Of a stretch of DNA of 64,000 nucleotides, positions 40,496 to 49,492 are shown one piece after another. The DNA lies in the NCBI GenBank assembly GCA_032250835.1, contig JAVVEA010000003.1, positions 121,458-185,457 of the forward strand, written 5' to 3'. Position 1 is the stretch's first letter, and every line of letters starts with the position of its first letter. A program made the position numbers and the translations under genes. This DNA is from a bacterium. Lineage in GTDB: Bacteria; SAR324; XYD2-FULL-50-16. A model generated the notes under the pieces. It did not search any database. It was not told where the DNA came from and saw nothing but the letters and a program-made list of their open reading frames with translations.

Positions 40496-40798
40496 TGCGT
40501 GACCTTTGCAGAAGTTTCATTCCAGCAATCCTCGGTAGCTTAACATTCAGGAGAGAAGCCAGCAACCGGGTGTTCGCACCAGATCCACCGTTTCCATCAG
40601 AAAAATAAATGATTCAACCAGCTGTGAATTCATTGTCCTTGTTTTTGTCTGACCCAGGTTACGCGGTCTGATGGATCCGAAGACGGTTGATCCCTAATTT
40701 GGACTAAGGAAAAGCGCAAATAGTTCTTTGTAGTTTTGCGAATTGATTTGATCCGATTCGATCCTCTACCATGAGAACAGACAAGCCAAAAGAGGGAT

Positions 40799-42106
40799 AT
40801 GAACGAACCAAAGCTATCAGTCAGTGTCATGAATAATGTTTACACAGTGAAAGAAAGGCGTGCTCAAGGAATATGGGGAGACGGTCTTTTTGCGCGTGTA
40901 TTTGATTATATAGGTGAAGGAGTGGTGGTGTTGGAAGCGGGTTTGATCTTAGATGTTAATTTAGGTGCAGCCAAGTGCCTTAATCTGAGCAAGACCGCTT
41001 TGATCGGCCAGCGAATTTCCAGATTCTTGGCCCCAGAAAGCCGTAAGGAATTTGAGGCCTCAATGGTCCTGGCAGCGGACCCTCCATTAAAAGATGATGT
41101 AGAATGCGGGGTGTTTCGAATGCGCAATGCCCAAGGGCTACCCTTGATCGTCGAGGGCAGCCTGACTGGCGATGCTCACTCAGGCCGGATTGTCTACTTT
41201 TTCCGAGATGTCACCGAATACCAACGAGCGGAGATTGAACGCGAGAAGTATTTGGCCCAGCTGCTTCAAGCGAAAGGTAAAGCGGAAGCTGCCGTCCAAC
41301 TCAAGGAACAGTGGATTTCTAATGTAACCCACGAATTCCGCACCCCCTTGCATGCGATCTTGAGTTTTGCCGGTAAAGGTGTTGAGAAAGCACACAAGAT
41401 CACACCCGATCGTCTTCACGCATACTTTGAACAAATTCGGTGCAGCGGCACGCGTCTCTTGGAGTTGGTTAACGAATTACTCAACCTCTCTAAAATGCGC
41501 GAAGGCAAATTTGTTTACGTAAAACGACCGGTTGATCTTGCTAGTCTATTCAAGAGTGTGGCCCAGGAGTTTGAGGCGCTTCTTTTAGCCCAGCGAGTTG
41601 AGTTAGTTGTAGATGCGCCAGAGGGGCTTGCCCGGCCTTTATTGGACCAAAAAATGGTCCGTAGAGTTTTGGTCAATTTGGTGGCTAATGCGCTGCGTTT
41701 TAGCCCTCTGGGAGGTAAGATAGAAATGGGCTTGGAATGGGACCCAGATCAAAAGGGCTTTTTGCGTGTGTATGTGTCTGATTGCGGGCCTGGTCTTCCG
41801 CCAGATGAGTTGGAGGCGATCTTCGAAGCTTTTACGCAATCTAGCCTAACGCAAAATAGGCAAGGGGGCACAGGGCTTGGCCTAGCTATATCGAGGGAGA
41901 TCATCGCCGAACATGGCGGCCGGATTTGGGCTCAAAACAGTCCAACCGGCGGTGCTTGTTTTTTCCTGTCCTTGCCGGTTTCACCACCGCTTGGTGAGCT
42001 TTTGCTCGCGAAAGGGGTGATCACCGATGAGCATCTGGCCCAGGCGTTAAGCGAGCAAAAGAATTTTAATCAACACCAGATAGCCGGCCAAAAGGAGGAA
42101 TCGTGA
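40799..42106 (+). CDS. PAS sensor histidine kinase with C-terminal MshEN-like motif
   Basis: PAS segment, H-box THEFRTPL, NLVANALRF, DCGPG, GGTGLGL; tail PLGELLLAKGVITDEHLAQALSEQ. Confidence 0.9.
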   Translation: MNEPKLSVSVMNNVYTVKERRAQGIWGDGLFARVFDYIGEGVVVLEAGLILDVNLGAAKCLNLSKTALIGQRISRFLAPESRKEFEASMVLAADPPLKDDVECGVFRMRNAQGLPLIVEGSLTGDAHSGRIVYFFRDVTEYQRAEIEREKYLAQLLQAKGKAEAAVQLKEQWISNVTHEFRTPLHAILSFAGKGVEKAHKITPDRLHAYFEQIRCSGTRLLELVNELLNLSKMREGKFVYVKRPVDLASLFKSVAQEFEALLLAQRVELVVDAPEGLARPLLDQKMVRRVLVNLVANALRFSPLGGKIEMGLEWDPDQKGFLRVYVSDCGPGLPPDELEAIFEAFTQSSLTQNRQGGTGLGLAISREIIAEHGGRIWAQNSPTGGACFFLSLPVSPPLGELLLAKGVITDEHLAQALSEQKNFNQHQIAGQKEES

Positions 42107-43336
42107 GCACAGCATTACCAGATTTCAAAGGAAAACTCATCTTGGTGGTTGATGATGAACCGGCCAATCGAGCGGCCATTGCCGATGCTTTGATAGACGA
42201 AGGTTACCGATACCTAGAGTGCGAAAATGGTCAAATCGCATGGGATTTTTTGCAACATGATTCGGATCAAGTCGGCCTGTTGTTGCTTGATTGGATGATG
42301 CCCGTGATGGATGGGCCTAGTTTGCTGGCGAAGATAAAAGCCGATCACAGACTCAAGGATATCCCGGTGATCCTGCAAACAGCCAGAGTTGAGGCGGAGT
42401 CACAAGTAGAAGGATTGGACCTTGGAGCCTGCCACTATTTGCCTAAACCTTACGACGATTCGGTGTTGCTAGGTATGATTCGAGCCGCAATCCGCACCGA
42501 AGAGCGGGTCAATCTGGTGCGGGCTGAACAGGAATCAGAACTTAAAGATATCCGTGATTTCGCCCGCAATTTGATCACTAAGGAACGAGCGCAAGCTCAA
42601 TTTGGACATATGTCCAGCCAGGCTTTAAGTCGTTTTTTCCCTGAGAGTTTACTTTGCCAAACTCCAGATGAATTGGTTGACCTAGTGCTTGGTTGCTTGG
42701 GGGCACTGGAGTTTGAGACAGCAGCCCAAAGTGGCAGTGGCCAGGGGCCATCGAACTTGCGGGTCAGCCTTTTGCTAAAAGGGGAAACAGATATCCACCG
42801 TAGTGATCGCGGTGCGGCTAGCAAAACGGACCAACTGAATATTAGAGCGGGTCATACATTCTCAACAAGGAGCGGAGCGAGGCACTTATACGGCATTCGC
42901 TACCGCCAAAGGGAGGCTGGCAGTGCTGGTCCGCAACACGCCCAGCGATCCCCATGAACGTGCGACTGCCATTGGGGTGGCCAGTCTTTTGGCAGATCAG
43001 GCTGAAACCTTGTTGTTGCATTGGGATACCCAGTTGCACCAGAGGGTCAGTAAAATACATTTTAAACAATTTCTCGTTTATGCCCAACAACTACTTATCG
43101 AGCAAACTAACCACATTGACCGCTTTGCCCATGAATTAGAGCAGCTTTGGAGCGAATTGGAAAATCAAGCCTCTAAGGAGGCGTGGGGCCAAAATATAAC
43201 GGATTTTACCACCTTGGCCCAGCGGCGTAGCGCTCAACTGTTGCAGGAGCTGTCACCAGGAAATGAAGCTTGTCAGGAAAAATTGGCTCACTTGACGCAA
43301 CTGGTTGAATCAATACCACTCCCTGAAGGTGAATGA
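42103..43336 (+). pseudogene. Response regulator split by an apparent +1 frameshift near 42838
   Basis: REC domain (VVDDE, LLDWMMP, LPKP) in 42103-42957. The +1 frame is open from 42839 through the 42923-43336 ORF, so removing one A joins them. Could be a sequencing error. Confidence 0.6.
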
Positions 43337-43490
43337 CCGTCTTTCTGGCCGCTTTTTCCCAAAGCATAAAAATTGGAGAGGTAACCCTTCTCTTTTTCCG
43401 GCGATTTATTGGGTGCTTTCCAATGGCGCTGTTGTATCTATTTACATCAGCTGCATTAGGTTATCCGGCGTCTTGTTTGGCAACTTTCTA

Positions 43491-44241
43491 GCTTAATGCT
43501 GGCTAGAAGCTTTGGGGGCAATCTGGAATGCGCCGGGGATTCTTTAAGGATTCTGCTGCTTTTGGCTCTTCTGCCTAAGCGTCACTCTCCATCGAAGGGG
43601 CTCCGCCCCCTCGGCGGCTGCGCCTCGCAAAGCAGCTTCGAGGCCGAAGGCCGAAGGCCGAGGGCTGCGTGGGTAGCAATGCGAGCCGGCGAGTATTGCC
43701 CAGCCAAAAGCCAAACTGTTCGAGCTTCGAGCGTTAGGGAGTCGGCTTTGCCGACGATTAAAATGGGCAACACTCGCAGTGCTCGCGTCACTACGCCCGC
43801 AGCCCTCACTTCGTTCGGTGCTACTTGGCGAGTGAGGCGTAGGGGGTCTTGAGCGCGAAGGTGAGGGCTCGTTTCTTTGTTACTTTTCTTTGCGAGCCAA
43901 AGAAAGTAATCCCATCTCTTTTTTCATTCCAAAGTTTTGTGCTTCCCAGCAGCTAGAAAGGAAGGGTCTTGCACTCTTTTGGGGATTCACGCCCTCAAGC
44001 ATCGCTTCGCTCGCTTGTCGGGGTGAATCCAGCGCGGTTTGAGGTTTCTAGTTTTGGGGGCTTGCTGGCTTATTGCTGGCTGGAAGCTCTGGGGCTCTTA
44101 ATGTTAAATGCGCCGGGGATTCTTTGGGGATTTTATTGCTTTTGGCTCTTCTGCCTAAACGTCACTCTCCATCGAAGGGGCTCTGCCCCCTCGGCGGCTG
44201 CGCCTCCTCCCCCGCCAAGGGCCGTTGGCCCCTGGACCCCG
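43491..44241. repeat. Right cluster of the palindromic repeat family
   Basis: 43491-43626 resembles 44068-44206; 43898-44096 resembles 39437-39675; long imperfect palindrome at 43621-43840. Confidence 0.8.
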
Positions 44242-44313
44242 TTTATTGTTTTCTCTTGAAAGTATCGCTGCGCTTGCTGGGCAGACTTTTCGGCCCCGCC
44301 GGTCCGGGCAGCC

Positions 44314-45117
44314 CTACTCCAACCCCTCACCAGAATCCGGCAACGGCTCCGCCTCCACCAACTCAACCCGAATCGACCCCACCGCCACCTCCGCCAAAAA
44401 CTTCAAGGGCAACCTCGGCGGGTCCTTCATCACCCAAATGTATAGCTTCCCACTAGTCCGCTGGAACAAACCCGTTGTTTGATAGTGCGGCTGGATCTTA
44501 TGGGCCATGTATACCCGCTTCTGGCCATTGATCTCCAACGCCACCTCCTCCTCAGCCAAAATATCCATCTTGATCCGGCTTAACTTGAGGTCGTCAAAGA
44601 CGTCAAACTCAAAGCTCATGCCCACCTGTCCAGCTAGCGGATGGCTTCGGGCATAAAACACCGCACTTAAAGGGTCTTGCAACTCGACCGGTAGGTCTGT
44701 GGTGGTGCCCACGCTGGCCCCGCCCGTGGTGCCCTTGGCGTAGCCGACCTGCTCCCATTGGCCCAAGTTCTTGTGGTAGTCAAAGGAGACGAAGTACTCC
44801 TTAAACAACTTACCTTCTTGAAGGTCCTTATGGTGCCAAAGGCTACGGCGGTTTTTGAGGTCCCAGCGAGATTCGATCCGGTCGTTGACCCGGAATATAC
44901 TGTCCAGCCAAGGGGCGCTGGTTGCTAGGGTAGAAAAATGGAGGCAGTCCGGTTGCTCTTTGCAGGGACCTAAAATGGACATCTCAGAAAAGCCCAAAGT
45001 GATCCAGTCGCTATAGCTGATGCGATAGCGTAGGGATTCCTTGGTTGGTAGAGGACCAGCCCAAAGGGGGGCGCTATAAAAGAGTAGGGATAAAAAGACG
45101 AGGAGTTTGCCGGTCAT
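44314..45117 (-). CDS. DUF3108 domain exported protein
   Basis: Signal peptide, ESLRYRISY, IFRVNDRIES, QDPLSAVFYAR, LYIWV...PLK...VGSIRVEL. Confidence 0.75.
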   Translation of the reverse strand: MTGKLLVFLSLLFYSAPLWAGPLPTKESLRYRISYSDWITLGFSEMSILGPCKEQPDCLHFSTLATSAPWLDSIFRVNDRIESRWDLKNRRSLWHHKDLQEGKLFKEYFVSFDYHKNLGQWEQVGYAKGTTGGASVGTTTDLPVELQDPLSAVFYARSHPLAGQVGMSFEFDVFDDLKLSRIKMDILAEEEVALEINGQKRVYMAHKIQPHYQTTGLFQRTSGKLYIWVMKDPPRLPLKFLAEVAVGSIRVELVEAEPLPDSGEGLE

Positions 45118-45158
45118 GGCCAGGCTGACGGTCGACCCAGTGGGCCGACCGAAAGAAC

Positions 45159-45416
45159 TTAAGACGCAGGCAGAACGGTGATGAACCGCTTGTTGTTGCG
45201 CTTTTTCTGGTAAGTCACCTGACCGTCAATGGTGGCGAACAGGGTGAAGTCTTTGCCTTGGCCGACGTTTTTGCCAGGGTGGAATTGGTTGCCCAATTGG
45301 CGGACCAAAATCGTCCCTGCGGTCACTTGCTCTCCACCGAAGCGCTTAACGCCACGGTACTGAGCGTTCGAATCGCGACCGTTCTTTACGCTACCTTGAC
45401 CTTTCTTGTGAGCCAT
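45159..45416 (-). CDS. rpmA: 50S ribosomal protein L27
   Basis: [16 protein letters not shown]. Confidence 0.98.
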   Translation of the reverse strand: MAHKKGQGSVKNGRDSNAQYRGVKRFGGEQVTAGTILVRQLGNQFHPGKNVGQGKDFTLFATIDGQVTYQKKRNNKRFITVLPAS

Positions 45417-45444
45417 GGTTTTACCTTCCTTTTAGAGGCCTAAA

Positions 45445-45759
45445 TTAGGCCTGAATGTCCGTAATCTGAATCTTGGTGTAATTCTGGCGATGACCCTGGG
45501 TCTTCTTGTAGCCCTTGCGGCGCTTCTTTTTGAAGATCACGATCTTCTTGTCTTTATAGTGGCTAACGATTTTGCCAGTCACCTTTGCGCCAGCGACGTA
45601 AGGGGTACCGGTTTTAAAATCGTTCTCGCCTGATTTCACGAAGAGCACTTCGGAGGTCTCGAAATCGGCGCCTTCTTCCTGGGCCAGCTTGTCCACGTTA
45701 AGGATCATGTCCTTCTCTACGCGGTACTGCTTCCCACCGGTTTTGATGATCGCGTACAT
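45445..45759 (-). CDS. rplU: 50S ribosomal protein L21
   Basis: MYAIIKTGGKQYRV, GHRQNYT. Confidence 0.98.
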   Translation of the reverse strand: MYAIIKTGGKQYRVEKDMILNVDKLAQEEGADFETSEVLFVKSGENDFKTGTPYVAGAKVTGKIVSHYKDKKIVIFKKKRRKGYKKTQGHRQNYTKIQITDIQA

Positions 45760-45802
45760 GGTCTGGTTCGCTCGTGAGTATGGTTTTTTTGCTGAAACAG
45801 TA

Positions 45803-45832
45803 TTTATAGGGAGGCGGCCTTTAGGTTGTCAA
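45803..45832 (-). promoter_or_regulatory. Candidate sigma70 promoter for rplU-rpmA
   Basis: TTGACA-N18-TATAAA on the minus strand. Confidence 0.5.
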
Positions 45833-45856
45833 GCGAATTTCTCTCGCTTTTGCCGC

Positions 45857-46979
45857 TTAGTCCGCCGCGCCCTCTGTTTCAGCCATGTAGTTCAAGGTGG
45901 CTTCAATAAACCCGTTTAAGGCCCCGTCCAATACCTTGCTGGCTGCGCTGGTCTCGTAGTCGGTCCGGTGGTCTTTAACTAGTTGGTAAGGGTGCAAGAC
46001 ATAGCTACGGACCTGACTGCCCCATTCGATTTTTTTCTTCTCGCCGTGCTCCTTGGCCGCCTCTTCTTCGCGCTTGTGTTGTTCGCGCTCATAAAGGGCT
46101 GATTTGAGGATCTTCATGGCCGTCGAGCGGTTTTTGTGCTGGCTGCGCTCGTTTTGGCACTGCACCACGATGCCCGTAGGTACGTGGGTGATCCGTACCG
46201 CCGAATCGGTGGTGTTGACGTGCTGTCCCCCCGCGCCCGAGGCTCGGTAGGTGTCGATCCGTAGGTCCGACTCGACAATGTCTACCTCGATGTCGTCGTC
46301 CAGGTCCGGGTAGACCGCCACCGAAGCAAAGCTAGTGTGGCGGCGCTTGGCGGAGTCAAAGGGCGAGATACGCACCAAGCGGTGCACGCCCATCTCCGCC
46401 TTTAGCTTGCCGAAGGCGTATTCTCCCTCGATGGCCAAGGTGGCGCTCTTGATGCCCGCTTCTTCACCGGCCTGAAAGTCCAGCAGCTGCACCGACATAT
46501 TTTGGTCTTCGGCCCACCGCTGATACATCCGCATCAACATAGAGGCCCAATCCATCGACTCCGTCCCGCCAGCCCCGCTGTTGACCATCAAAACCGCTGA
46601 GGCCTTGTCGTTGGGGCCGCTTAAGAGGTGGTTCAGCTCAAAGGCGCGCATCAGTTGGTCTGCTTCCTTGAGGTTGCTTTCGGCCTCTTGGGCCAAGCTG
46701 GGGTCCTCTTCCATCTCTAACAGTTCCAAAGCGCTGGCGGCGTCTTCGACCAATTGGCCGATCCGTCCGAAACGCTCCAACTCGTCTTTGAGGGCCGAAA
46801 CCTGCTTGAGTGTTTTGGTCTGCTCCTCGGCGGGCTGCTGCCAAAAGGATTCCTGGGCGGTCTGGAACTCTAGTTCTTCAAGTTTGTTTTGCCGTTGTTC
46901 CCAGTCAAAGGTACCCCCGGAGAGTCTCCGCTCTCTCCCGGACGTCCTGGATATGGGACTTTAAATGTTCGATGCTCAT
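45857..46979 (-). CDS. prfB: Peptide chain release factor 2, programmed +1 frameshift
   Basis: 24-codon ORF from ATG 46979 ends CGGGGG-TAC-CTT-TGA-C; the +1 frame continues into SPF and GGQ motifs. Confidence 0.96.
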
Positions 46980-48193
46980 AGGTTGGTTAGGGTCAATTGG
47001 ATCGCCGCTTCAAGCCGCTTCAGCCCTTCGGCCAATTCTTCTTCGCTGAGCCGCAGACTGGGCACAAAACGCAGCACGTCCGCCCCGGCGACTAAAATCA
47101 TCAATTCTTTTTCCAGCGCCGCTTCCACAAAAGCCTTGGCCTTGCCTTTATAGGGGGCCTTTAACTCGCAGCCGATCAGCAGGCCCAAGCCCCGGATCTC
47201 CTCAAAGAGTTGGTACTTTTCGCCCAACCTTTGTAGGCCTTTGTTCAACTGCTCGCTGCGCAGCTTGACGTTCGCCAACAGTTCGGGTTTGGCGATCTGT
47301 TCTAAGGTTGCCTTGGCCGCCGCACAGGCCAGCGGGTTCCCGCCGAAGGTGCTGCCGTGGGTGCCCGGTTGGAACGACTGGGCCACCCGGTCGCGGGTCA
47401 ACATAGCCCCGATGGGGAAGCCCGAACCCAGCGCCTTGGCGCTGGTTAAGATGTCGGGCCGCACGCCCAATTGCTCAAAGGCGTAGAGCGTTCCGGTCCG
47501 GCCTGCGCCGCTTTGGACTTCGTCAAAAATCAATAGGGCCTGGTGTTTGTCGCAGGCCTCCCGTACCGCTTGGGCGAATTCGGCCGTCGCCGGGTAGACG
47601 CCGCCTTCGGCCATGATCGGTTCCATGATCACCGCGCAGGTCTCTTCGTTGATCAGGCCCTCTAACTCGTCGATTTGGTTGAAGTTTCCGTAGATCATCT
47701 GCGGCGGCAGGGGCCCAAAGCCCTTGCGGTAAGATTCCTGGCCCCCGGCGGTGACCGTAAAGAGGCTGCGGCCATGGAAGCTTTTGTGGAAGCTGACGAT
47801 TTGGTTTTTCTTTTCGCCATGGTGGTCGAAGGCGTAGCGCCGCGCTAGCTTAAGGGCCGCTTCGACCGCTTCACTGCCTGAGTTACCAAAAAAGACCCGG
47901 TCAAAGCCCGTCAAGCCAGTGAACAGCTCGGCTAGCTCAATCTGGGGCAGACTGGCGAAGTAGTTGGATACATGCCAGATTTTGTCGGCCTGTTCTTTAA
48001 GCGCCTCGGTGACCTCGGGCGGGCAGTGGCCCAACCCGGTGACGGCGATCCCGCCGGTTAGGTCCAACAAACGGCGGCCTTCTACGTCGGTTACCCAAGA
48101 ACCTTCCCCTTTAATGGGCAGGAGGTTCAAGGGGGCGTAGTTGGGCACCATCACCTTGCGGTATCGATCCAATAGGTTCAGCGTCGTTTCCAT
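46976..48193 (-). CDS. argD: Acetylornithine/succinylornithine aminotransferase
   Basis: NSGSEAVEAALKLAR, SFHGRS, FDEVQSG, SAKALGSG, HGSTFGGNPLA. Confidence 0.88.
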   Translation of the reverse strand: METTLNLLDRYRKVMVPNYAPLNLLPIKGEGSWVTDVEGRRLLDLTGGIAVTGLGHCPPEVTEALKEQADKIWHVSNYFASLPQIELAELFTGLTGFDRVFFGNSGSEAVEAALKLARRYAFDHHGEKKNQIVSFHKSFHGRSLFTVTAGGQESYRKGFGPLPPQMIYGNFNQIDELEGLINEETCAVIMEPIMAEGGVYPATAEFAQAVREACDKHQALLIFDEVQSGAGRTGTLYAFEQLGVRPDILTSAKALGSGFPIGAMLTRDRVAQSFQPGTHGSTFGGNPLACAAAKATLEQIAKPELLANVKLRSEQLNKGLQRLGEKYQLFEEIRGLGLLIGCELKAPYKGKAKAFVEAALEKELMILVAGADVLRFVPSLRLSEEELAEGLKRLEAAIQLTLTNL

Positions 48194-48194
48194 G

Positions 48195-49001
48195 TTATTT
48201 CCGTTTGATCACGACCCCATGGGGGTTGCGCAGGTCTACATACATCAGTCGGTCTTCTCGACGGTGCAACTCGGCACTAGCCAAGTGCAGCCGTTTTATT
48301 TTTTCCTCAAAGCCATCATGCCCAAACCGAAATTCTAAAGCCCCCGGTTGGGTGATCAGGCGGATGTTGGTGGGGTCATCCACCAAGAATTCGCTAACCG
48401 AAGCCAAGGGCAAGACGGGGTCGTTTTCGAGCAAGGCCATCAACTCCAAGGCTTTGTTAACCCCCGCCGATTGCAGCTTGGTGCCGATTGGTAAGGATTT
48501 GCTGTGGCTATCGCTTAACACCGGTAGATCCCACCCGCCCCACTGGGCGGGGCGGCCCAGGATCATCAGGTTTTGGTCGATCAAATACAACTCAGCCTCG
48601 GTCTGCAAGTAAGCCACCGGCTGGCGTTCCTTAACCTGCACCAGCAAGCCTAGGCTGCCGGTTTTTTTGAGGTCCACCTGTTCGATCCAAGGATCGGCCA
48701 ATAGGCGTTCGGCAAGGCTGTAGAGGTCTAATCCAAGCCAGCTGGTGCCCTCGGCTAACTGTAACCGGGCGGCCACCGCTTGACCGCTAAGGACTTGATT
48801 GCCCTGTACGGCTAATTTACGCAAGCTCCCTTGTAGATAAATCGGTGCCCAAGCGAAGGGAACCAAGATCAACCCTAACCCCGCCAGGGTCAACAGACCC
48901 CGAAGCATGCCCAACAAGGGGGCACCGCTGGTCGGGAGCCGGGACTTGCGCCTTTTGTGGCTGGGCGTGGCCTTGGATTTTCTGGGGGAATAGTCCTGCA
49001 T
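48195..49001 (-). CDS. ftsQ: Cell division protein FtsQ/DivIB
   Basis: Basic N-tail, one TM helix, POTRA (VQGNQVLS...PWIEQV...VKERQPVA), C-terminal YVDLR. Confidence 0.8.
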   Translation of the reverse strand: MQDYSPRKSKATPSHKRRKSRLPTSGAPLLGMLRGLLTLAGLGLILVPFAWAPIYLQGSLRKLAVQGNQVLSGQAVAARLQLAEGTSWLGLDLYSLAERLLADPWIEQVDLKKTGSLGLLVQVKERQPVAYLQTEAELYLIDQNLMILGRPAQWGGWDLPVLSDSHSKSLPIGTKLQSAGVNKALELMALLENDPVLPLASVSEFLVDDPTNIRLITQPGALEFRFGHDGFEEKIKRLHLASAELHRREDRLMYVDLRNPHGVVIKRK

Positions 49002-49011
49002 GGGGTCTTCG

Positions 49012-49434
49012 TCAGTTGAAGAGGACTTTGCGGACGTCTCGCATATAGATTTCGAACTTGCCGAAGCTGGTCTCGCCGAAGACCTTGCTGTTGCCTTTAA
49101 CCCCTAAGTCGATCACCTCGCCGGACTTGAGCGTCACCTTGGTGGAGATGCCACCCGCCGGGGCGGGGTCGTTGGTTTTGACCTCCAGCTGGTTGATCTT
49201 CTCAAAGGGAATGGTGGTCAAGGTCTCGCCCCGTTTGCCTTGCAAGTATACCTTACCGTCCCAACTGACCCGGCTGGCGCTGGTTTGAACATTCTGGGTG
49301 TCCGTTAAGATCACCGCAAAATTCACTTCCGGTAGGGGGATGCTGTTGGTGTTGTTGGCGCTATCGTTGCCCAGCGCCATCAGACTGACCGGGGCCATGA
49401 AGGCCAGAAAAAGGAGCGGAAGGAGCAGGCGCAT
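49012..49434 (-). CDS. Exported hypothetical protein
   Basis: Signal peptide MRLLLPLLFLAF; beta-rich, apparently two similar halves. Confidence 0.65.
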   Translation of the reverse strand: MRLLLPLLFLAFMAPVSLMALGNDSANNTNSIPLPEVNFAVILTDTQNVQTSASRVSWDGKVYLQGKRGETLTTIPFEKINQLEVKTNDPAPAGGISTKVTLKSGEVIDLGVKGNSKVFGETSFGKFEIYMRDVRKVLFN

Positions 49435-49492
49435 CGGGCGGTTTCCAAAGGGGTTTTTATTGCTTATCGTTCCCATAGCGGGCGACGTTTTG

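Noticed and set aside
39360-44241. CRISPR array or integron attC cassette array
   Set aside because: Repeats are long, few, irregular and partly inverted; no constant-length spacers, cas genes or integrase.
43496-44482. ORFs of 75-127 aa in the right repeat region, or a possible transposase
   Set aside because: No DDE or HUH motifs; they overlap repeats or lie antisense to the DUF3108 gene.
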